Below the pieces are notes generated by a model. That model saw nothing but the letters and a program-made list of their open reading frames with translations, was not told where the DNA came from and ran no database searches. DNA of 64,000 bases from the NCBI GenBank assembly GCA_951406725.2, contig OX597824.1, positions 56,730,001 through 56,794,000 on the forward strand, given 5' to 3'. Numbering within the stretch: position 1 is the stretch's first letter; each line of letters opens with the position of its first letter. Of this stretch, positions 52,593-64,000 are shown one piece after another. Both the position numbers and the translations under genes were made by a program. The stretch comes from Octopus vulgaris. Its lineage: Eukaryota.

Positions 52593-53655
52593 CCCCCCCC
52601 CAACAAACTTTATAAGCTCACTGTTGGTACACCAGGCTAACTACATTACTTAGATTAATAAAGAACTCCGCATATTATAGTTCATCAACCCCCCCCAACA
52701 AACATTATAAGCTCACTGTTGGTACACCAGGCTAACTACATTACTTAGATTAATAAAGAACTCCGCATATTATAGTTCATCAACCCCCCCCAACAAACTT
52801 TATAAGCTCACTGTTGGTACACCAGGCTAACTACATTACTTAGATTAATAAAGAACTCCGCATATTATAGTTCATAACCCCCACCCCAACAAACTTTATA
52901 AGCTCACTGTTGGTACACCAGGCTAACTACATTACTTAGATTAATAAAGAACTCCGCATATTATAGTTCATCAACCCCCCTCCCCAACAAACTTTATAAG
53001 CTCACTGTTGGTACACCAGGCTAACTACATTACTTAGATTAATAAAGAACTCCGCATATTATAGTTCATCAACCCCCTCCCCCCCAACAAACTTTATAAG
53101 CTCACTGTTGGTACACCAGGCTAACTACATTACTTAGATTAATAAAGAACTCCGCATATTATAGTTCATCAACCCCCCCCCCCCCAACAAACTTTATAAG
53201 CTCACTGTTGGTACACCAGGCTAACTACATTACTTAGATTAATAAAGAACTCCGCATATTATAGTTCATCACCCCCCCAACAAACTTTATAAGCTCACTG
53301 TTGGTACACCAGGCTAACTACATTACTTAGATTAATAAAGAACTCCGCATATTATAGTTCATCAACCCCCCCCCCCAACAAACTTTATAAGCTCACTGTT
53401 GGTACACCAGGCTAACTACATTACTTAGATTAATAAAGAACTCCGCATATTATAGTTCATCACCCCCCCCCAACAAACTTTATAAGTTCACTGTTGGTAC
53501 ACCAGGCTAACTACATTACTTAGATTAATAAAGAACTCCGCATATTATAGTTCATCACCCCCCCCCACAACAAACTTTATAAGCTCACTGTTGGTACACC
53601 AGGCTAACTACATTACTTAGATTAATAAAGAACTCCGCATGTTATAGTTCATCAC
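52593..53655. repeat. Tandem array of 11 x ~95-100 bp: near-invariant ~86-bp core plus variable poly-C
   Basis: AACAAAC.TTATAAG.TCACTGTTGGTACACCAGG... starts at 52602, 52697, 52792, 52888, 52986, 53086, 53186, 53279, 53377, 53472 and 53569. Confidence 0.95.
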
Positions 53656-54872
53656 TATTCTATATTGTAAATCCATGGTTGTGCTCCAGTTACACTGGTT
53701 TTTACACAGAGTGACATACAAGACAAGGTATAAATAATTGTGTTCACATACTTTTCATTATTTTTGTAAGTTTGACTTGCTGCCGTTTCCAGTGGTTGTT
53801 ACAGGTTTGTTACTGATAGGTTTGCTCAATCGGCCCATTGATCGGTTGAGAAAGATTCAACGACATAAAAAAGTTACTGCTACTATCGTCGGAGTCATAT
53901 TTGTTTAATTCTCAACCGATCAAAGGTCAGATTGAGCAAAACTATCAATAACGAATCTATAATGACTACTGAAAACAGCTGTAAGTCAAACTATAATAAA
54001 GGAAAGAATGCTATGAGCATTATTTATGCCTTGTCTTATATATATACATACATACACACACACTCATATATATCTAAATATGCATGCATGTATGTATATA
54101 TGACGGGGTTGGAGTGTATATGCGTGTGTGTGTGTGTGAGTGGTGTGTGTGTGTGTGTGTGAGTGCGCGCGTGCCTGTGCATGTACGTGTTTCTTGGATC
54201 ACAATATCTAATATGTACTTCCTTTATGAAGAGAGTGAGTTGTAATTTATGGGAGATTTGTTATTTCTAGCGGAGACAGTTATATAAAATAGCCACCAAA
54301 TCTCCCTCAAAGTATAACTCTACAATTTTAAGACAGTAAAGGCACATTTGATAATGTAATCCTAGAAACATTGCGTCTAAAAAAGATTAAATAGTCACGG
54401 CTGGAACATCTTTGATCATGCCTACTCATTCAGGGATGATAAGGGAAGCAAACCACCCCACCATTGCCACCACCACCACCACCACCACTACACTAACTAA
54501 GACAGGAGGAAAACTTTCAAATTTTGAGAATATGTCTTCCGTATTTAATTACCTTAAACTGATGTCTATTCCAACCTTTCTGTGTTGTTGCTGTTGTTGT
54601 CGTCCGAAATCTGAAAAATTAATAAAAAAAAATTAAGTAAAAAAATATAAAATTTACCCAAGAAAAAAGACAAAAATAAAAATAAGAAGAAAATGGTTCA
54701 ACAGCTGAATAAGGAGAAATTTATTGCATGAAGACGTTTGGACGTTTGGTTTGGGTCTTTAACGAAGATGAATGAGGAAATATATGAATATAAACACATA
54801 CATTGTATGTATGTATGTATGTTTGTATGTATGTATGAATGTATGTATGTATATATGTATGTGTATGTCTGC

Positions 54873-54917
<45 letters not shown>

Positions 54918-55023
54918 TACCATTACAGAATTTAATGTTTATAATTAAGGCTATAGCAAGTTTTCTTCTAATGGTATATATGCAACCAGTGTGAGTATGA
55001 ATGTGTTGTGTGTGTGTGTGTGT

Positions 55024-55056
<33 letters not shown>

Positions 55057-56345
55057 TGTGTGTGTTTGCGCACGTGCGTGCATGTATACACACATATACA
55101 CGCGTATGGACGCGCGTGCACACAAGCACACACTCGTACGCGCGCATACACACGTAATGAGGAACTAACTTGTAATCGGATGAGCAGACGACCAGATTTA
55201 AGATGTAACTTGAAGAAGTTGATGTGAAATTAAGCGAAAAGAGAAAATTGATCAACAACCCATAGAAAGACACGACAACGGAAACTCGAGTAAGAGTAAG
55301 AGGGATTATAGTAGGAGCAGGATTGATATACTGATGATAGTAATTACGTCCATAATGGTGATGACAATGATGATGATGAAGAAAGAAGTGAAAAGTCGGA
55401 GAAAATAGTTTAGGAAATGGAAGAAAGCAACAACAACAACAATACTAATAATATTATTGATAGCATGAACGATTATAATGAGTTGTGGTATTCTCAAATG
55501 AGGAATGGAGAATGGTCATAATTGAACTGTTTTTAAAATATCTGTATATCTATTTCTTCATTCCGTATGAAAAGTGTTATTAAATTGGCGTCCACAAGAG
55601 GAGACAAACAGAAAAAGAGAAACAATAAAAGATAGGTGTAGTAATGACTGCCATACAGCCGATGATATTGATGATAGTGACGATGATGAAGCCATTAATT
55701 AACTATATATTAAAGATAAGTATCGCTATTTACTAATTTTTTAAATTTAAGACTCATTGGACATCTAGATCACTCATTTCATTGGATTCGGCGATACAAG
55801 CTCATGGACAAGATTCTTGAGTTTGTGAAGAGCTTGATTTCACTCTTGTCTGGATTGATGTCTTATGGCATCATCTGTTTTTCTTTGTTTTTGTTGTTGT
55901 TACTACTATCTAGCTCAGGTCAATCCTCGTTGAACAATTCTAAGTTAAAAACAGCGATCATTCCACCTTCGCTTCAAGTGTAATTAATCCAGCTACATAT
56001 GAAATGAGGATGGAAACGGACGCCTGGTTCTTGGTTTTGTATATACAGGCATTACGTCGTTTCGAATTACGTTTTTTTCGACTTGACATCTAGTTTAAAA
56101 AAAAATAAACCTCAACTTCAGTAGGTTTATCCGACTCTACGTTTGTCTCAGCGAACTTACTTAAAAACATAAAAGTTAAAAAGAAAACAACCTAAAAAAT
56201 ACAATACTGAAGAGGAAAATCAAATGAAATACATATGAAAATATGTACAAACCATTTATTAACAGATGTAAGCTAATAAGATTATAAAAAGGTTTTTTAG
56301 TGTTACGTTGTTTATCGAGTTAAATCGCATGTCTTGGAACAAAGA

Positions 56346-56453
<108 letters not shown>

Positions 56454-56868
56454 GGAACTAGCACCAATATATCAACCCCAAATTGAAGGAATGTCCAGAG
56501 CAAGTGATTCTTTGTACATATTAGCAAGGATAGAGAGACTAGTTGGTTTTAAAATATACATTATATACATTATAAGAAAATGCATGACCAACGAGTAGAT
56601 GCCTCAGGTTCGAACCATTCCTCTAGCATTACTATGTTGTATTTTTCTCGAAACAATAAACTGAAACTTCTAGAACAGAGAAAAACCTGCTACTGTAAAT
56701 AGTGGGAAGACTATAAAATTGACAATTGGGGAAGTGTTTTCCTTTGTAGTTTGGGTTTATCAATTCTTGTGCGTTCACTTAGAAGAAAGGTAACCCAGAA
56801 TTATAATTACCAAATTGAAAAACACACACACACGCGCACATACACACATATACACATATAAACACACA

Positions 56869-58186
<1,318 letters not shown>

Positions 58187-58202
58187 TACTTACATACATA
58201 TA

Positions 58203-58593
58203 TTCTTTTACTTGTTTCAGTCATTTGACTGCGGCCATGCTGGAGCACCATCTTTTAGCCGAAGAAATCGACCCTTGAACTTATTCTTTGTAAGCCCGAT
58301 GCTTATTCTATCGGGCTTTTTTTGCCGAACAGCTAAGTTACAGGACGTAAACACACCAACATCGGTTGTCAAGTCATGGTGGGGAACAAGCACAGCCACA
58401 AACTCACACGCATAAATATATACATATATTCGAGGAGCTTCTGTCGTTTTCCGCCTACCAAATCCATTCTCAATGCTTTAGTCGGCCTGAGGCTATAACA
58501 GAATACACTTGCCCAAGGTGCTACACAATGGGACTGAAGACGGAACCATGTGCTTGGTAAGCAAGCTTCTTACCACACAGCAACGCCTGCGCC
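58203..58593 (-). mobile_element. SINE family B copy (diverged)
   Basis: CTTGTTTCAGTCATTTGACTGCGGCCATGCTGGAGCACC...CTTACCACACAGC. Confidence 0.85.
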
Positions 58594-58629
58594 TATAGCC
58601 ACGTCTGCGCCTACAGCCGCGTTGGCGCC

Positions 58630-58686
<57 letters not shown>

Positions 58687-58688
<2 letters not shown>

Positions 58689-59057
58689 TAGCAGTATCGC
58701 CCGGCGTTGCTCAGCTTTGTAAGGGAAATAACTATAAAGCATTTTTAGAGAGTTATAGCCAAAAAATAGCAAAAAAAATGGGAAAAAAATTATGGTAAAT
58801 TTTTTTGGGAGAGTTAAAAAAGGTCGAGTTGTGTCCCCTAGACAGACTGTGGTTTGTGTTTCTGATTCTCGACCCCATGTCGAATTTATCGATTTTTTTC
58901 AGAACTGGGGAAACTTTTTAAAATTTTCGCTGCGTTAGTTTTGAATTATGACATTGGGCTATGTGTGTGTCAATTTTCATCAGAATCGGTTGAAAGCAGT
59001 GGTCAGGGTGAGGGTACAACCAAACAGACACACAGAAACACACACAGACAAACTGCC

Positions 59058-59070
<13 letters not shown>
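58687..59070 (-). mobile_element. Non-autonomous Helitron
   Basis: Minus strand begins ..TATATATAAACGGCAGTTTGTCTGTGTG and ends GAGCAACGCCGGGCGATACTGCTAG|T (GC-rich subterminal segment plus CTAG). Confidence 0.65.
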
Positions 59071-59142
<72 letters not shown>

Positions 59143-59155
59143 TATATACATATAT

Positions 59156-59216
<61 letters not shown>

Positions 59217-59322
59217 AAGTTAATCCAAACAAGAAAACACAAACAAACAAAAAAACAACAACGTGAGGACGTGGAACAAATAAAGTATTATTGGACGCTC
59301 AGGAAAAAAGGGAAGAAGGAGG

Positions 59323-59357
59323 GTTTAACGTTTCGAGCGGAGCTCTTCGTCGGAAAC
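59323..59357 (-). ncRNA. Minimal hammerhead variant (same architecture as 5113-5150)
   Basis: GTTT-CCGACGA-A-GAGC-TCC-GCTC-GAAA-CG-TT-AAAC. Confidence 0.5.
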
Positions 59358-59435
59358 ATAGGAGAAGGAAAGATCCCGAGAAGGGAAGACAGAGGAAAAA
59401 AATCGCCAGCGGTACTCACGAGGTCACATATTGAA

Positions 59436-59500
<65 letters not shown>

Positions 59501-59712
59501 TATATTTCGATAGGTGAATGAATTATCCTATGTTTATCGTCAGCATGGAAAATTCGTTGAACCGATACCAGGGTAGCAAATTCACGTCAGAAACACGGTT
59601 GAAGCGACCAGTCCAAGGGTAGAAACTGCGGGTTCATTTGCAGAAATTTGTGTGTTATATATGAATAAATGAAAGAATGGAGTCGAACGAAGATGTTAAC
59701 AAAATTTCTTTA

Positions 59713-59794
59713 CTCTCGACATATGTTTCGAAGACCACATGGTTTCATTCCAAAGGAATAAAGGGTGTATGATGCAATCTTCTCATCAGGAAAG
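59713..59794 (-). ncRNA. Type I hammerhead ribozyme, long stem II
   Basis: CTTTC-CTGATGA-GAAGATTGCA...TGTGGTCTTC-GAAA-CATAT-GTC-GAGAG. Confidence 0.9.
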
Positions 59795-60059
59795 AAAGGG
59801 AGCCTCTCTCGGCAACAAGACAAACAAACATTTCGATGACTGTCTACATGGTAAACAAAACGACAATAAGTGATTTTTTTAAAAACCCGTTAGAAGATTT
59901 GATGTCAAAATTAGATAGTAGGAAGAGAATGATAGGTAGGGAACCAGTGGAAAGGGAAGGGTATGTTGATTAAGAATGTTCAAAGGCTTAGGAAAAAATT
60001 TCACTATTGAAGTGGAGTGTATGTTAAGCTAATTGTTCAAAGCACGATGCCTATCGTAA

Positions 60060-61484
60060 TCATTTGTAAGAGTAAAAAGTATGTTTTTGCCAGTGCTTAC
60101 ATTTATAGGATTTCTCTATGAGTGTGTTTACAACGGGAACCTTAGAGAAGAGGATATGGAAGAGCTCAGAGTTGCAAATGTTACAAAATCTCCTGCCCTT
60201 ATCAAAAGGAAAGGATACAGACAGTATGAACCAATCTAACTTGAAATCTATATTATTGTCTTTAAGACGCCAAACTAATTTACTTAGCCCTGTACTATAT
60301 CGTTTTTTAATATCCCTGAATGTTGAATAATGGTTTGAAATTCTCTTGGATAACTGGGAAGAGGCGCTTCCTATATAGAAGAAGACATCGTTACCAGAGG
60401 AGATTCCATACTGGTAAATAGAATTCTCGATCTTAGAATTACTAGACAAAAAATTAATTCTGTTGGGGTTGTCCTCCGAGATCGAAACTAAGTTTTTATT
60501 GCTATGATTGTTGTTACTATTATTATTAGCGTTAGCAACTACACTATTAGTATTATTGTTAGTATTATTAATGGTAATACAATCAGTAATTTCTCCGTTA
60601 TTGTTATCACTATCAACATTACCATTGTTATTAACACGACTGATACTATTATTAATATTATCATTGTTAACACTATCGCTACTACCATTGCTATTACCAT
60701 TAATACTATTCCTATTAGTATGACTGTATGGTGGGTTGGAATTAGTAAGATTTATTTTGGAATTCCCGGGTGAAGAATCTCTATTTATCAGCTTGGTATT
60801 GTGAGAAGATATAATTTGTGAAAGATTTCTAGTGTTAGAGAAAGCGATTCTGACTATGTGGGAATTGATAATAGAATAATATCTAGAATTTCTGGGAAAG
60901 TTCCTAGCGACGGGTTCACGGAACTGTAAGGGAAGGCTCGATTTAATTTGTTTACCGAAAGGTATTACGAACCAGATACAGTTCTTAGTGGCCTTTGACT
61001 TGTACGTTGAGTTATTTGTGAAAGTAAGGGGAAAATTACTGGGTTGAAAATTTGGGGTTGAACGGCGCTTACCTCCCTTGGTCCGTAAAGAATTTATATT
61101 TTGCATAGTGTTGCTGGCACTACTAGAATAAAAACTACTATTCCTATTACAAGTAACTATTCTATCTGGAGAAGCAGATGTTGGTTTAGAATGAGCTGAA
61201 TCTATGTATGACACTCTGTCCTTATAGCCGGCTTTTGTCAAGGCGGCGTTATAAAAGCCTGCCTTTTGGTTAAAGATGTCAACATTGGCAGAAAATTTAG
61301 AAAGTCTCAAAGATATGTTTTTGACTAGATTATCGGTAACGGGCTTGGCATGATTGCTGTAAAGGCTAATATACTTAAGATTTGTGGAGGGTTTATGGTA
61401 AGGGAAGTATGAGTTATTTTGTAAATTGAGGGTAATGTCTAAGAAGTTGGCTTTAGTTAACTCATCCTCAAAAACGATGTGCAA
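60060..61484 (-). CDS. PLE RT C-terminus/thumb, Asn-rich linker and GIY-YIG endonuclease
   Basis: NFLDITLNL, YISLYSNH, ALTKAGY, SIYQ..FYIGSA, RISNH, STGLSK, CNICNSE, CKH. Confidence 0.9.
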   Translation of the reverse strand: MHIVFEDELTKANFLDITLNLQNNSYFPYHKPSTNLKYISLYSNHAKPVTDNLVKNISLRLSKFSANVDIFNQKAGFYNAALTKAGYKDRVSYIDSAHSKPTSASPDRIVTCNRNSSFYSSSASNTMQNINSLRTKGGKRRSTPNFQPSNFPLTFTNNSTYKSKATKNCIWFVIPFGKQIKSSLPLQFREPVARNFPRNSRYYSIINSHIVRIAFSNTRNLSQIISSHNTKLINRDSSPGNSKINLTNSNPPYSHTNRNSINGNSNGSSDSVNNDNINNSISRVNNNGNVDSDNNNGEITDCITINNTNNNTNSVVANANNNSNNNHSNKNLVSISEDNPNRINFLSSNSKIENSIYQYGISSGNDVFFYIGSASSQLSKRISNHYSTFRDIKKRYSTGLSKLVWRLKDNNIDFKLDWFILSVSFPFDKGRRFCNICNSELFHILFSKVPVVNTLIEKSYKCKHWQKHTFYSYK

Positions 61485-61841
61485 AAAAACCTAACTAACC
61501 TATTTTTAACCTTCTTTATTTTTTGGTTTGAGACATTTTGGAGGTAAAGGAGACAGTCATCGCGATAAAGACCTCCACAGATGTCCAAAATGTCTCAAAC
61601 CAAAAAATACAGAGGGTTAAAAATAGGTATACTTTTTTATTGTTTCAATTGCTTCGGTCAGGTGGCTATGCCCATGCCAGAGCACCGCCTTTACTCGAAG
61701 AAATCAACAACAGGATTCATTCTTCGTAAGCATAGTACTAATTCTATCGGTTTGTTTTGCAAACGACTAAGTTATGGGGACGTAAACACAGCAACATCGG
61801 TAGTCCAGTGATGGTGTTGGTAGAAACACACAAGATACATA

Positions 61842-61887
<46 letters not shown>

Positions 61888-62103
61888 CATATATATATAC
61901 ACACATATATATATACATAAATGTATATATATATACATACAAAGCAATTAAGATTCAAGTAAATTCCAATGAATTTACTTGAATGTGGTACTTAACTTAG
62001 ATGCACCAGATGCACAATTTTTGCAACTTGTAATAAAGCCTGTCTTTGTATGAAATAATTGTACTAAAAACTAATCCATTCTTGTTGCTTCTTTCTCGTA
62101 TAT

Positions 62104-62198
<95 letters not shown>

Positions 62199-62460
62199 CA
62201 TATATATACATATATATACATATATATGTATATATACATATCTACATTCATATATATACATGTATATGTATACAGATATATATATACATATACATATATA
62301 CATATATATACATATGTATATATATGTGTATATATACAAATATATATATATATATATATGTACATGTAAATATATATGTATATATGCATATATATTTGTA
62401 TTTATACATATATATGCACATTTATGCATATTTATACATGTATATATGTATATATATACT

Positions 62461-62508
<48 letters not shown>

Positions 62509-62666
62509 GGTATATAGAAATACATATATATATATATATACATATACTGTGTGTATATATACGTATATATGTGTATATATATATCTATATATATATGTAT
62601 TGATAAAACGGTAAGATAACAAAAGAAAGAAAGAGACCTCAATATTATGTAAATACAGGAAATTTA

Positions 62667-62858
62667 TCTATACAATATGTTACATTACTCGGTAGTCAAG
62701 ATAAAACTCTGAGTTTCAGATGCCGAAGTGGAAATCCACAACACCATCTCTTCGGTTATCTGGCTATAACCGAAGAGATGGTGTTGTGGATTTCCACTTC
62801 GGCATCTGAAACTCAGAGTTTTATCTTGACTACCGAGTAATGTAACATATTGTATAGA
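62667..62858. repeat. Perfect ~90-bp-arm palindrome made of two tail-to-tail hammerhead-like pseudo-LTRs
   Basis: ...TCTCTTCGGTTAT CTGGCT ATAACCGAAGAGA...; each arm reads ATAA-CCGAAGA-GATG..CATC-T-GAAA-CTCAGAG-TT-TTAT. Confidence 0.85.
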
Positions 62859-62920
62859 TATATATATATGTATATATATATGCATATATATACATATATA
62901 TATATATGTATGTATGTAAA

Positions 62921-62984
<64 letters not shown>

Positions 62985-63024
62985 GATGTATATATACATG
63001 TATATGCATATATACATCTATATA

Positions 63025-63118
63025 CAGGGGTTGGACAAAATAATGGAAGCACTTTAACATTTCAAACAAATTTACTTTAATATGGATTAGGGGTTTCCAT
63101 TATTTTATCCAACCCCTG
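63025..63118. mobile_element. 94-bp Tc1/mariner MITE
   Basis: TA|CAGGGGTTGGACAAAATAATGGAA...TTCCATTATTTTATCCAACCCCTG|TA. Confidence 0.88.
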
Positions 63119-64000
63119 TATAAACGTTAAAGCCCGGTAGTTTTGCAAGTTAATTTCGCATTTGTTGTATGTGTGTTTTAATTTTTGGCTAATATTTTCC
63201 TATCCATACAGATATTCTCATTGTTTTATAGAGTTCTATCTACAACTGTGGTGTTGTCAATATTTTTGTTGCATGTTAAGTAGCGTGTTCTGATGGCTCA
63301 TATTGTAAGTAGCGTGTTTTGATGGTTAATTGTGTAACGAACGTGGTACTTGTAACGACTAGGGTAATAGTCTGATTCGTGAAATTTACAACTTTCTAGC
63401 TTTTATTAGATTTTGTAGATTATATTAATAGTTTGTGGTTTGTTAGTTTGAGGTTTTGTGTTAATATTCACAATGCATTATATTAATAGTTTGAGGTTGA
63501 AGTGATGGTTCTATTTTATGATGTTTTATGAAAAAAAAATTTCCCTACTTACATTCATAATCTCAATATATACAAACCCCAACACCACCTCATAGATATA
63601 AAAACAAAAATAATGTATAACACACACGATACCTTTTTATGCACTGAAATTGCGAACAATTACCTTTACATGCACACAGTAAATGTCCACACAAATATAA
63701 AATATGAGATTCTGAATATTCACCAATCGATCATTCATTGAATAAGGAAACCCTACGTATAAAACAAATTTTAGTTACCAATGGGACACCATTCGTTAGA
63801 AATTCATCCTCACTGGTACCCAGACCTGGTACCCAATAAAAAATAAACCCGATGGTTAATTAAAATAATCAATTTAACTATGATCAAAGACTTTCCAACT
63901 GTGACCAACTAGTTATTTTTCCTATGCAATCTGTATCTAGAACTACAATTCTTTGATATGCCCTGTTCTTCTTTTTTCCTGAAAGAGGTAGGATTTGGGT

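Larger units (their letters stand above)
59510..61630 (-). mobile_element. 5'-truncated Naiad-type PLE (second family)
   Basis: GGLYRDD near 61560, ORF 60060-61484, downstream pseudo-LTR with hammerhead, short 5' fold-back. Confidence 0.9.

Noticed and set aside
52593-53655. CRISPR-like array or tandem retrozyme
   Set aside because: No unique spacers and a eukaryotic context; minus-strand TTGATGA is not followed by GAAA, so no hammerhead.

Overview
This is very AT-rich eukaryotic DNA packed with microsatellites ((TA)n, (CA)n, (GA)n, (GAA)n, (TATC)n, (GTAT)n). The SINE types and repeat landscape suggest a coleoid cephalopod, probably Octopus (inference). No host protein-coding gene can be supported, and most ORFs in the track are microsatellite artefacts. 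The window is a nested transposon landscape: (1) a near full-length CR1/L2-group LINE whose ORF1 unusually combines a Myb/SANT-trihelix-like domain with a CCCH finger; (2) a degraded Tx1/L1 LINE and an ORF1-only (HAL1-like) relative; (3) two abundant tRNA-SINE families whose 3' tails match the two LINEs; (4) a hAT transposon, a Gmr1-type Gypsy (INT upstream of RT/RNaseH), piggyBac- and Tc1-type MITEs and a non-autonomous Helitron; and (5) several Penelope-like elements (PLEs), two with long Naiad-type ORFs. The most striking unannotated signal is a set of at least a dozen type-I hammerhead ribozyme motifs from several sequence-distinct families. They have palindromic stem III, often a very long stem II, and sit in inverted pseudo-LTR pairs next to (TA)n tracts; several have no ORF nearby. 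All structures were folded and aligned by eye.
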